50,309 nt of DNA from Shigella phage Sfin-3. Both the position numbers and the translations under genes were made by a program. The notes below the pieces were generated by a model. That model was not told the origin of the DNA, searched no databases, and was given only the letters and a program-made list of their open reading frames with translations. The stretch is from the sequence record MN296515; one strand, 5' to 3'. Below, piece after piece: positions 27,382 through 35,614 of this stretch (positions are counted from its first letter, which is position 1; every line of letters begins with the position of its first letter).

Positions 27382-27412
27382 GGATTCATCGTAAACGAGG
27401 GAGATAAACGAA

Positions 27413-28477
27413 ATGTTCCAGGTATTCACATCAAGTCAGCTTTCTAATGACGAGTATCATAGCAACGAAGGTTGGGCGGCAGAGTATGTAAGCGGTTCTA
27501 GCCTTGCAGAAATTTATCAGACTTGCCCGGCTAACTGGCGATTCAAGAAGAACGAGACTACTAAAGCGCTGGAGTTCGGCACTCAGTCGCACACTAACTT
27601 TGAGAGTCGAGATCTGTTTACTGCAACGTATGCGCGTTGTCCTGCTCCGTCAGAGTTTAAGGATCTGATTACTTCGCAGGCAGCACTGGCAGCAAAATTA
27701 AAATCTTTTGGCCTGAAAGGTACATCCGGTAAGCAGTACCCTGACCTCATCAAAATGATGGTTGATTGCGGTGAAGATCTCAATGTTCAATATCTTATTG
27801 AACTGATTGCTGAAGCTGAGGCGCGCGCTGAAGGAAAGCAACTGGTTGACGCTGATAAATATGATGCCTGTATGAAGATGAGGGCCATTCTTGAGCAAAA
27901 TCCCGATCATGAAGCGTGCATCAATAGCGAAACTGCGCAGCGTGAGATCTCAATTTTCGGTGAGATATCCGGCGTCAAGGTTAAGGTTCGACTTGACCAT
28001 TTGGACTACAAAGAGAATGTTCCAGGTCGTGTGCTGACTGGTTATGATGAGAATGGCGATCCGGTATTTGAAGACGTGATTTTTCCTGAAGCTCTGATTA
28101 TCACTGACTTCAAAACCACGATGAGCGCCAACCCGTTAGAGTTCCCGAGACTGGCATACAATCACGGGTATTATCTTAAAATGGCCTTACAGCATGACCT
28201 ATTGCGGCGTGCAATTCAGGCTGGAGCATTTGAAGGAAACTTCCCGGAAGATATTCCGATCGTAGTTCGATTGCTGGCACAGGAGAAAAAGGAACCTTAC
28301 ATTGCCCTTGCTTACCGCATGACTATGGAGCAAATCAGAATAGGTCGCAATCAGTATATTAGCGTGGTCCACACTTATAAGGCTTGCTCTGAGATGGACG
28401 TTTGGCCAGGATATGCTGGCGACGCAAGCGAGATCGAACTTGAAACGCCGTCATGGGTACGATATCAAAACAAGTAA
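27413..28477 (+). CDS. PD-(D/E)XK exonuclease (RecE/Cas4-like recombination nuclease)
   Basis: 354 aa; VRLDHL ... IITDFKTT (D...D/E-x-K core); first gene of exo/annealase/SSB operon. Confidence 0.55.
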   Translation: MFQVFTSSQLSNDEYHSNEGWAAEYVSGSSLAEIYQTCPANWRFKKNETTKALEFGTQSHTNFESRDLFTATYARCPAPSEFKDLITSQAALAAKLKSFGLKGTSGKQYPDLIKMMVDCGEDLNVQYLIELIAEAEARAEGKQLVDADKYDACMKMRAILEQNPDHEACINSETAQREISIFGEISGVKVKVRLDHLDYKENVPGRVLTGYDENGDPVFEDVIFPEALIITDFKTTMSANPLEFPRLAYNHGYYLKMALQHDLLRRAIQAGAFEGNFPEDIPIVVRLLAQEKKEPYIALAYRMTMEQIRIGRNQYISVVHTYKACSEMDVWPGYAGDASEIELETPSWVRYQNK

Positions 28478-28551
28478 ACGGCACAAATAGCTAAACAAAT
28501 AATTAATGAGGTGTTATAATGCACCTCATACACCAATCAGGAGAAGTTAAG

Positions 28552-29199
28552 ATGCAATTATCACCGGAAACAAACGAAATCCTCCCAGCACTGTTTAATG
28601 CTCGCAATAAATTCGCGAAGGCAAAGAAGGACGCTAAAAACAATCACCTGAAGAACTCATACGCAACTCTTGATGCGATGATGGCGGCAGTTAGCCCAGC
28701 GTTAACCGATAACGATATCATGATCCTGCAATCAATGCTGGATACCAGTACAGAAACGACTTTCCATCTTGAAACTATGCTGATTCACAAATCAGGGCAG
28801 TGGGCCAAATTCTTCATGATGATGCCGATTGCAAAACGCGATCCTCAAGGTGTAGGTTCCGCAATGACTTATGCTCGACGCTACTCTCTCGCTGCGGCGC
28901 TTGGTATTAGTCAGAGTGACGACGATGCGCAGCTTGCAGTGAAATCCGTCAAGGACTGGAAAAAAGAACTTGATGCGTGCGAAGATATCGAATCACTGAA
29001 GGATGTATGGGCCAGCGCCTACCGTCAGACTGACACGGCAAGCAAGTCAATCATTCAGGATCACTACAACGCACTTAAGGCTAAGTTTGAGATCGGTAAA
29101 GCTCGTGGTATTCGCCCGGCGCAACCGGAACAGAAAAAACAGGTTGAAGCAACTAGCGCGAAGCCTGTACAATCTCAATCAATCACCAACTTTGAATAA
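28552..29199 (+). CDS. single-strand annealing protein (Erf/Rad52-like)
   Basis: ATG 28552 with ACCAATCAGGAG RBS; position between exonuclease and SSB; call is by context. Confidence 0.5.
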   Translation: MQLSPETNEILPALFNARNKFAKAKKDAKNNHLKNSYATLDAMMAAVSPALTDNDIMILQSMLDTSTETTFHLETMLIHKSGQWAKFFMMMPIAKRDPQGVGSAMTYARRYSLAAALGISQSDDDAQLAVKSVKDWKKELDACEDIESLKDVWASAYRQTDTASKSIIQDHYNALKAKFEIGKARGIRPAQPEQKKQVEATSAKPVQSQSITNFE

Positions 29200-29245
29200 C
29201 AATACGGGCGGCTTCGGTCGCCCATAAATTTTAGGAGAGAAAATC

Positions 29246-29659
29246 ATGCATATTATTACTGGCGAGATCCGAAAAGAACCTAAGATTCTTGAACGTAACG
29301 GCGGGAATACTTATATAATCGAACTGGCAGAGAGCTACAAGCCTCGAGATGGAGATCGAGAATACACCAACTACACATTCTTTTTTAGCGACGGTGGAAA
29401 GCCTGGCCTTGCTGACTGGTATCGTGAAGCGTTCCAGGTTGGTCGCGTCGTATCAGTATCATGCGAGACGTTGAAGATCTCATCACGTGAACACAATGGA
29501 ACGGTTTACAATTCATTGCAGGCCGCTGACTTCCCGAAGTTGGTATTTAGTCAACGAGGACAAAGCAATCAACAACGATCACCGCAGCAACAACAGCGAA
29601 CACAATCACAACCACAGCCAAATCCTCAATCAACTTTCGATGATGATATCCCGTTCTAA
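29246..29659 (+). CDS. ssb: single-stranded DNA-binding protein
   Basis: 137 aa; OB-fold-like N-terminus, Gln/Pro-rich linker, canonical SSB C-terminal tail DDDIPF. Confidence 0.85.
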   Translation: MHIITGEIRKEPKILERNGGNTYIIELAESYKPRDGDREYTNYTFFFSDGGKPGLADWYREAFQVGRVVSVSCETLKISSREHNGTVYNSLQAADFPKLVFSQRGQSNQQRSPQQQQRTQSQPQPNPQSTFDDDIPF

Positions 29660-29660
29660 C

Positions 29661-29694
29661 AAAAATCCCCGCATTGCGGGGATTTTATCATTTG
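29661..29694. terminator. bidirectional terminator between convergent ssb and tail fibre genes
   Basis: TCCCCGC-att-GCGGGGA flanked by A5 upstream and T-rich downstream. Confidence 0.65.
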
Positions 29695-31472
29695 GACTTC
29701 AACATTTTTATCTCTTCTTGTAACTCTTCAACTTTCTTTATTGTATCCTGTAAAGCTCTCATAGTGTCAAGCAATAAAGGAGTTGTATCAAGCTCAAGCC
29801 TTTCAACTTTTGGCCCGTTTAGCTCGTGGCTCTCATACATCCTTCTCTTAACATATAGATTGTCGATCTCTTCTATCTCCTGAGCTATAACACCTCGCCT
29901 TACCCTTTCTTGCTCATCATCGTTAAAGATAAAGTTCCTAAATCTCATTGATTTTATGTTGTTGTATGCAATGCTTGATTCATCATCCTTTATGCTGTGC
30001 TTTATATTTCTGTCAGATGCCGGAATCTGTTGGAAACTTCCAGCCCCTTGCTGTCCAACGTAAGATATTTGCCCTGAAGCCATAAACCTGAAATGCATTT
30101 GCAAACCAATATTGCCTTCCCCATCCCTATCTTGAGCGCCTACTGATATTTGTGCCCTGGGCCATTCAGGATTGCCCGTAGTCATCATGCCAAAAGCTAC
30201 GCCGCCAACATACCCTTGACCCCTTGTATCACACGATCCAGAAATAAGTGATTGATAGTTTTCAGCGCCACTATCGGCGGTGTAAGCATTACCCTGGAAG
30301 CATGAAGCAGACCACATCTGGTTATAACCCATAGTTGTTTTCTGGCATAAAAACTGATTGGCTCTGAATCTATTATTAGTCTCGAAGTAGTTTGGTCCCT
30401 CATAAAATAATAAAGTCCCAGCATAACCATTATCGCTATGTTCTTTTCTGACGTAAATCCCTGGCGAGGATATTCCATCAGGTGACATAATCATCAATGA
30501 TGACAACATGGACTGACTACCCCAGTTAGAACCGTTCCATGAGTTCCTTCCTGCACCTATAGCCCCCGTGGTGTTAATAGTAAGAAAGTTAGCAGCATCA
30601 TTTTCACCTAACCCAATATTTTTTCTTGACTCTTTTTTATCCTCAAGACCAGCCAAGTTTCCATCCTTAGTTAAAAGATTTTCAGCATTGATGCTGTTAG
30701 CTGCGTCTTTAGCTTCTTGAGCACTTACCGCAGCAGCATCTTTTGAGCTTACCGCTTCGTCACGTGCTGCCTGAGCGTCGTTTTTTGCAGAGGTAGCCGT
30801 TTGTGCTGCCGTTTGAGCGTCATTAACGTAACCTGACAGATCGCCTTTCGCGTCATTAATTGCCTGAATCGCCGCCGCTTCTTCTGAGTCAATGTGAGTG
30901 ATGGATGAATTTTCTTTTTGCTGCACATCGGTTATAGCCTGATCCTTAGCCGCATTGATGCTACCGACAGCACCGTCAACAATCTGTTGCGTCTGATTCT
31001 TGATTGAGTTAGTTTCATCGCGTGCAGCGTTGGCTGCGTCACGCGCTAATTCAGCCTGATTTTGCGCAGCTTGAGAATCAGATTTCGCCTGATTCACATC
31101 AGCAACTATTTGCTCAAGTTTATTCATATCAAGCTGATTTATCAGATCTATAGCTGCCGCGATCTCAGTCTCTTTGCTTTGATAGTATCGAAGCGTCTCA
31201 GCAACGTTTTGAGCTAATCCGTTAACAGTCAACGAATCGTTAAGCAGGATCACATACTTACCGTCAGCGGCAGTCTGACCATCCGTAGAGATAGCCTTTA
31301 ATTCTGTATCACTAACGATATCGCTAATCACAGCCAGCTTAATTGGTTGCTCAAGGAACACGATAGTTGCACCTACGCGAATAAGAGCAAGCTGATCTTT
31401 CCATTTTGTATCGGTTCCGTGAACCGTTCCGTCTGCATCCATTGATGCAGTACCGCGTCTGTATAAAGCCAT
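29688..31472 (-). CDS. tail fibre protein with C-terminal intramolecular chaperone (peptidase S74-like) domain
   Basis: 594 aa; central Ala/Gln/Asp-rich coiled coil; C-terminal SDRNIK...RRGVIAQEIEEI...LDT pattern of auto-cleaving chaperone domains. Confidence 0.75.
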   Translation of the reverse strand: MALYRRGTASMDADGTVHGTDTKWKDQLALIRVGATIVFLEQPIKLAVISDIVSDTELKAISTDGQTAADGKYVILLNDSLTVNGLAQNVAETLRYYQSKETEIAAAIDLINQLDMNKLEQIVADVNQAKSDSQAAQNQAELARDAANAARDETNSIKNQTQQIVDGAVGSINAAKDQAITDVQQKENSSITHIDSEEAAAIQAINDAKGDLSGYVNDAQTAAQTATSAKNDAQAARDEAVSSKDAAAVSAQEAKDAANSINAENLLTKDGNLAGLEDKKESRKNIGLGENDAANFLTINTTGAIGAGRNSWNGSNWGSQSMLSSLMIMSPDGISSPGIYVRKEHSDNGYAGTLLFYEGPNYFETNNRFRANQFLCQKTTMGYNQMWSASCFQGNAYTADSGAENYQSLISGSCDTRGQGYVGGVAFGMMTTGNPEWPRAQISVGAQDRDGEGNIGLQMHFRFMASGQISYVGQQGAGSFQQIPASDRNIKHSIKDDESSIAYNNIKSMRFRNFIFNDDEQERVRRGVIAQEIEEIDNLYVKRRMYESHELNGPKVERLELDTTPLLLDTMRALQDTIKKVEELQEEIKMLKSK

Positions 31473-31493
31473 AGCGTAAACTCCTTAAGTAAA

Positions 31494-31508
31494 TAGCACG
31501 AATTGCTA
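31494..31508. promoter_or_regulatory. palindrome copy in operator position at tail-fibre promoter
   Basis: TAGCA-cgaat-TGCTA lies between the predicted TSS of the - strand sigma70-like promoter (31516-31544) and the tail-fibre RBS. Confidence 0.45.
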
Positions 31509-31515
31509 AACACAG

Positions 31516-31544
31516 ATTTTATCATTGTGCTATTGGTCTTGCAA
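31516..31544 (-). promoter_or_regulatory. sigma70-like promoter for tail fibre gene (TTGCAA-17-TAAAAT)
   Basis: Minus-strand -35 31539-31544, -10 31516-31521; palindrome 31494-31508 begins at predicted TSS. Confidence 0.5.
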
Positions 31545-31550
31545 CGGGCA

Positions 31551-31574
31551 ATAAAAAACCGCCCGAAGGCGGTT
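31551..31574 (-). terminator. minus-strand terminator after primase gene
   Basis: Minus-strand reading AACCGCC-ttcg-GGCGGTT followed by T6. Confidence 0.6.
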
Positions 31575-32508
31575 ATAGTAGGTCACTTGCTGAGAATAAC
31601 TTAGCTTGCATTCCTGAACGGTATCCTCCAGGATTCGGGATGATTATTTTTAATTGCCGGTCGTCAGCCATGTATAAAGTCTCCTTATCTGAAGGTTCGC
31701 ACGCCACTCTTACCTCGCGATCTCCTTTGTATCTGTACGCAACCATTTCGAGATTTTCAGGAGTGAAGCAGGCCCACACCTCTTGCTTTGTGTGAAATGC
31801 AATATGCTGAGCATCAATCCAATTAAGGCATAAGTAGATCGCTTTTTCAGTTTTACCAGTCACGGCAACCGAGCAACTTGTGTATTTCTTAGCGTAAAAT
31901 GACTCCCTTCCTTCCTCATCAATAATCAAAATATTGCAAAATTCATCATCAAGACCGTCCTCGTGTACAAGTTGACATGGTATGGTGTGAAATACGCTCT
32001 CGCCGCCATCCTCGCGACGTTTTACGCCAACGTCGAATGATTCGGTTGGTAGCGACTCAAACATGCTTAGAGGCGTGTTTACGCGCTTCTCTGTACGCTC
32101 CATGACTTTCATCACTGCCTCATGGTCTGCCATCATGACGTTTACGCCAGCTACCGGAGTGCGGCGCGCTTTCTTATTTGCCTTGACAATGTACTCCTGC
32201 GGAACTTTTCCGAGGAATCTCCCCAAGATGTTTATGCATTCGCTGTACGGCATACCAGTTAATTTCATCAACCAACCGATCCCGGAGTCATTGCCGCATG
32301 AGTTACAGATCGCACCGCCGTCTCCCGGAGTGTTTAGGTTGTCAGTCCAGCGAAAACGGTCTTTGCCGCCGCAGTTAGGGCAAGGCTGGTGCTTCTTGTT
32401 GAATACCTCGTTCGGTAATCCGCAGACGGACTGGAACGCATCGCGCCATAACCCCTTCATATACGGCAATACGTCCTCTTTCTGAAACATCATAAATTCT
32501 TCGTTCAC
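31573..32508 (-). CDS. DNA primase (zinc-ribbon + TOPRIM-like)
   Basis: 311 aa; CPNCGGKDRFRW...CNSCG zinc ribbon then acidic IIDEEG / EDGLDDEF motifs; GTG start 32508 with GGAG RBS (ATG 32493 alternative). Confidence 0.6.
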   Translation of the reverse strand: MNEEFMMFQKEDVLPYMKGLWRDAFQSVCGLPNEVFNKKHQPCPNCGGKDRFRWTDNLNTPGDGGAICNSCGNDSGIGWLMKLTGMPYSECINILGRFLGKVPQEYIVKANKKARRTPVAGVNVMMADHEAVMKVMERTEKRVNTPLSMFESLPTESFDVGVKRREDGGESVFHTIPCQLVHEDGLDDEFCNILIIDEEGRESFYAKKYTSCSVAVTGKTEKAIYLCLNWIDAQHIAFHTKQEVWACFTPENLEMVAYRYKGDREVRVACEPSDKETLYMADDRQLKIIIPNPGGYRSGMQAKLFSASDLL

Positions 32509-32521
32509 TTCCAGATCTCCA

Positions 32522-32559
32522 AATAAAAAACGCGTAGAAGGATGTTAACCCGCTACGCG
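32522..32559 (-). terminator. minus-strand terminator candidate after Cro-like gene
   Basis: 7-bp stem ACGCGTAG/CTACGCGT with 15-nt loop followed by T7 on minus strand. Confidence 0.45.
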
Positions 32560-32568
32560 TCGTTTGTT

Positions 32569-33021
32569 TTAACTAAAAATGCTATTGGTCGTTCCGATAT
32601 CTTCCTTCTTGACAACTCGCATAAACTTCTTGTTTTTGCAGCGCTTCTCAAGGCACTTGCCGTTCCCATCAAACTTCAGATCGAATCGCAGCCATGCGGC
32701 CCGAAATCCTTTGCAACCCTGTCGGCGATAAGCACGATGCGCCGCTTCAGCGCCTTGCCAGGAAATCATATTTCGATCCTTCCACCCTTGAACCGTCTGG
32801 TTGCTAACTTTCAGAGCCTTTGCGCAAGCCGCCGGACCACCATAATATTCAATAAGAGCATCCAATCGCGCTCTCAGTCCTGCGCGCGTTTCTTCTTTAT
32901 GGATATAAAATCCGCAGCGCTGGCGAGGCTTTTTATCTTTACCGCGTCGTGTTCCGTTGTTACCATTGATGTGACGTTTATCGATTTCACCAGTAGACTC
33001 TGCGATACGCTTCATATTCAT
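32569..33021 (-). CDS. Cro/YdaS-like HTH DNA-binding protein
   Basis: ATG 33021 with GGAGA RBS (track start 33093 would overlap the promoter); central ...ACAKALKVSNQTVQGW...RFDL resembles YdaS/Cro-type HTH; basic N-terminus. Confidence 0.5.
   Translation of the reverse strand: MNMKRIAESTGEIDKRHINGNNGTRRGKDKKPRQRCGFYIHKEETRAGLRARLDALIEYYGGPAACAKALKVSNQTVQGWKDRNMISWQGAEAAHRAYRRQGCKGFRAAWLRFDLKFDGNGKCLEKRCKNKKFMRVVKKEDIGTTNSIFS
32570..32584 (-). promoter_or_regulatory. degenerate palindrome copy (TAGCA-ttttt-AGTTA) at 3' end of Cro-like gene
   Basis: Encodes the C-terminal NSIFS* of the Cro-like protein; followed on minus strand by terminator 32522-32559. Confidence 0.3.
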
Positions 33022-33034
33022 ATTAATTCTCCTG

Positions 33035-33077
33035 TAGCACTTTTTGCTAAAAACGTTTACTGTATGCCGTGTATTAT
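33035..33077 (+). promoter_or_regulatory. composite promoter module for helicase operon (TAGCA-ctttt-TGCTA, 22 nt, -10 TATTAT)
   Basis: Palindrome 33035-33049; -10 33072-33077; GTG 33116; palindrome is also in the 5' leader of the divergent Cro-like gene. Confidence 0.55.
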
Positions 33078-33101
33078 ATCGTAAACGATACAACGATTCA
33101 A
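33073..33101 (-). promoter_or_regulatory. sigma70-like promoter for Cro-like gene (TTGAAT-17-TATAAT)
   Basis: Minus-strand -35 33096-33101, -10 33073-33078; its -10 overlaps the + strand -10 (33072-33077) of the helicase promoter. Confidence 0.55.
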
Positions 33102-33115
33102 AGGATTAAATAGCC

Positions 33116-35134
33116 GTGACAATTAACATCAAAAAGCAAATCGCATTACTTGGCGATGACTATATAAAACGCACTCAAGAACGATTCACTGTTGGTGAGG
33201 TCGTTCCGTATCCGTACCAGGTTGTTGCTTATGCTGAGATCGCAAAACGCCTATCAAATTATGAGCATCCATTCTTTGTTAAAGCGTCAGTATCGGCGGG
33301 TAAGACCATCATTTTTGCTATGGTTGCAAAGCAGTGTCAAAAAATGGGCTTGAAAATGCTTGTGCTGGCACGCCAGGGTGAGATTGTCGATCAGGATAGT
33401 GAAGAGATCGACAATTTCGGGGTGACTAACTCTATATTCTCAGCGTCACTTGGAATCAAGTCTTGCTACTTCCCGATCGTGGTAGGCTCTGAGGGTACTG
33501 TTGCAAATGGTTTAAATAATGAGCTAGCTGATTTTGTCCCTCACGTAATCGGGATAGATGAATGTCACCAGGTGGATTGGGAAGACCTTGCACAAGCCAT
33601 AGATGGCAAGGAAACGATGGAACAGATGCGGGAAGAGAAGGGAAAAATCATTATGAATGGGGAGGTTCCTCTGATTGGTAATGATGGGAAGCCTCTACTT
33701 GGAACTAAGCGAAGCCAATACACGATCGTAATCATGGAAATGATGCGCCGCTGCAAAGAAACTCACGGTCACGACCTCAGAATATTTGGTATGACTGGAT
33801 CTGAATTTCGTGGCGTAGTTCCTATTCTTGTTGAGAATCCAAAGGCGTTAGGCTTCTGGCGTGAGCGCGTTACTGATATAGACACCAACTACCTTATTGA
33901 GTTTGGCTCAGTTGTTCCTACTATATTCGGCTCGACGGACGGAGTTCACTACGATCTTGATAAATTTAAGGCATCAAGCGAGGATGGGGTACAGGACTTT
34001 ACAGAGAAAGATATGAAGGCAATGGAAGATGAGATCCTTCATGATAAATCTCTTACTCAGCGAATCATGCAAATGGTTGCTAAAAAGGCTGAAGAGCGTA
34101 ACGCAGTCCTGATTACATGCGCCGGGGTGCGTCACTGCAAAGAGGCGGCAGCGGCACTACCGCATGGAAGCACATATGCAATTATTACTGGCGACACAGA
34201 CACTAAAACGCGCAAGAAGATTCTTGATGATGTGAGGGCAGGGAAAATTAAATACACCTTTCAGGTCATGGCGCTAACTACTGGCGTTAACGTTCCAAAC
34301 TGGGATTTCAGTGTAATACTTCGCAAGATAGGATCTCTCACCTTGCTGATTCAGCTTTTGGGTAGGGGTATGCGACTTCTTAAATCATGGCAGGTTGCTG
34401 AAGGGATGGTTAAGCAAGACCATCTTGTATGGGATTTCGCAGGCACGATGGATGAGTTGGGGCAGCTTTATTTCGATCCTATACTTGAGCAGGCTCAGTT
34501 CCAGAAGCGATTTGAGAACGGAAAAGACCCGAAAAAGTGTCCGAAATGTGGTTGCGTAAATAGCTTCTACGCTCGCCGATGCGTTAACGTTATCGACGGT
34601 GAACGCTGTGATCATTTCTGGACTTCTCAGATTTGCGAGGACCAGGTTGATGAACGTACCGGGAAAATTCTTGTTAAAGGGTGCGGTGCCGAGAATGACG
34701 TTGTTGCCCGAGTCTGTCGCTGTTGCGATGTTTCTCTTGTTGATCCTAACCTTAAGTTATCCGGTAAGGCGTACACTAAGAATGACTGGTACGAGGTCAA
34801 GAATTTTGAAGTTACGTTAACCAAAAACCAAAAGGGTGTGATATACAAATACACACTTATTAACGACGATGGTGATGAGTTCAAGGCGTATGAAAAATTC
34901 TTCCCTGAGTCAGACTCTAAGATTTGCGGTACGCTATGGAAAACGAAAGGAGTATTGCCTCACGTATCAGATCCTAAAATGCGTCGCTACTTTATCGGAA
35001 TGAAGAACGCTATCAAGATCGTGCAATACGCTCATCATATAGCGCATCCGGTACGCGTTACTCATAGACGCAACCAGAAGAAAGAAGATATTATTTTACG
35101 CAAAGATTTTGGTATGGAGGATATCCCGGAATGA
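33116..35134 (+). CDS. SF2 DNA helicase (DExH box) with C-terminal zinc fingers
   Basis: 672 aa; Q-motif PYPYQ, Walker A SAGKT, DECH box; C-terminal CPKCGC...C...C clusters; GTG start after module 33035-33077. Confidence 0.8.
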   Translation: MTINIKKQIALLGDDYIKRTQERFTVGEVVPYPYQVVAYAEIAKRLSNYEHPFFVKASVSAGKTIIFAMVAKQCQKMGLKMLVLARQGEIVDQDSEEIDNFGVTNSIFSASLGIKSCYFPIVVGSEGTVANGLNNELADFVPHVIGIDECHQVDWEDLAQAIDGKETMEQMREEKGKIIMNGEVPLIGNDGKPLLGTKRSQYTIVIMEMMRRCKETHGHDLRIFGMTGSEFRGVVPILVENPKALGFWRERVTDIDTNYLIEFGSVVPTIFGSTDGVHYDLDKFKASSEDGVQDFTEKDMKAMEDEILHDKSLTQRIMQMVAKKAEERNAVLITCAGVRHCKEAAAALPHGSTYAIITGDTDTKTRKKILDDVRAGKIKYTFQVMALTTGVNVPNWDFSVILRKIGSLTLLIQLLGRGMRLLKSWQVAEGMVKQDHLVWDFAGTMDELGQLYFDPILEQAQFQKRFENGKDPKKCPKCGCVNSFYARRCVNVIDGERCDHFWTSQICEDQVDERTGKILVKGCGAENDVVARVCRCCDVSLVDPNLKLSGKAYTKNDWYEVKNFEVTLTKNQKGVIYKYTLINDDGDEFKAYEKFFPESDSKICGTLWKTKGVLPHVSDPKMRRYFIGMKNAIKIVQYAHHIAHPVRVTHRRNQKKEDIILRKDFGMEDIPE

Positions 35135-35547
35135 TTACAGATAAAGGCGATTACTTAGAGTTTTACGAGCGAGATCCTAGCGACACGCGAAAGGAGGACG
35201 CTCATCAAGTAGACTGCGTGTCCTGGTTGAAATACAATTTTCCTCAGCTTCTATTTTGGCACACAGTTAACGAAGGTGAAAAAACAATCACTTCGGCACT
35301 TAGGGATGAGCAGGCTGGATTACTTAAAGGCGTATCAGACTTTGTTATTCTGATTGGTATAAACTCACGTTACCCGTTCGCAGCTATCGAACTCAAGCGG
35401 GTTAATAAGTCCGGCAAAGGAAAGGCATCACCAGTCAGCGATAAGCAAAGGGAGTTTCTCAAAAAGGTTCGGGATCGCGGTGGATTCTCTGCCGTTGCAT
35501 ACGGATTTGAGCAATTCAAGCTGGCAATATACGATTTAACGAAATAG
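35131..35547 (+). CDS. VRR-NUC domain nuclease
   Basis: 138 aa; GVSDFVI...ELKRVNKSGKGKASPVSDKQREF pattern of VRR-NUC (PD-(D/E)XK) domains. Confidence 0.7.
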   Translation: MITDKGDYLEFYERDPSDTRKEDAHQVDCVSWLKYNFPQLLFWHTVNEGEKTITSALRDEQAGLLKGVSDFVILIGINSRYPFAAIELKRVNKSGKGKASPVSDKQREFLKKVRDRGGFSAVAYGFEQFKLAIYDLTK

Positions 35548-35587
35548 CACTTTTTGCTAAACATGCCGGAATGGATTCTGGCATTAT
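35545..35587 (+). promoter_or_regulatory. composite promoter module (TAGCA-ctttt-TGCTA, 22 nt, -10 CATTAT)
   Basis: Palindrome 35545-35559; -10 35582-35587; ATG 35615 (dam). Confidence 0.5.
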
Positions 35588-35614
35588 TATCTCACTGAAA
35601 CGAGAGGATTAAAA

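Larger units (their letters stand above)
26888..27412. repeat. AT-rich intergenic regulatory region A with TGTAA-N-TGTCTA iterons
   Basis: Iterons at 26966-26982, 27109-27125 (+) and 27243-27258, 27317-27336 (-); (TA)n-rich core ~27047-27100; divergent cor and exo promoters. Confidence 0.55.

Noticed and set aside
32569-33101. Cro-like HTH gene and divergent promoters as a lysogeny switch (temperate phage or prophage)
   Set aside because: No integrase, excisionase, CI-type repressor or attachment-site-like repeats; gene content is that of a virulent T1-like phage, so the switch is read as an early/middle lytic switch.
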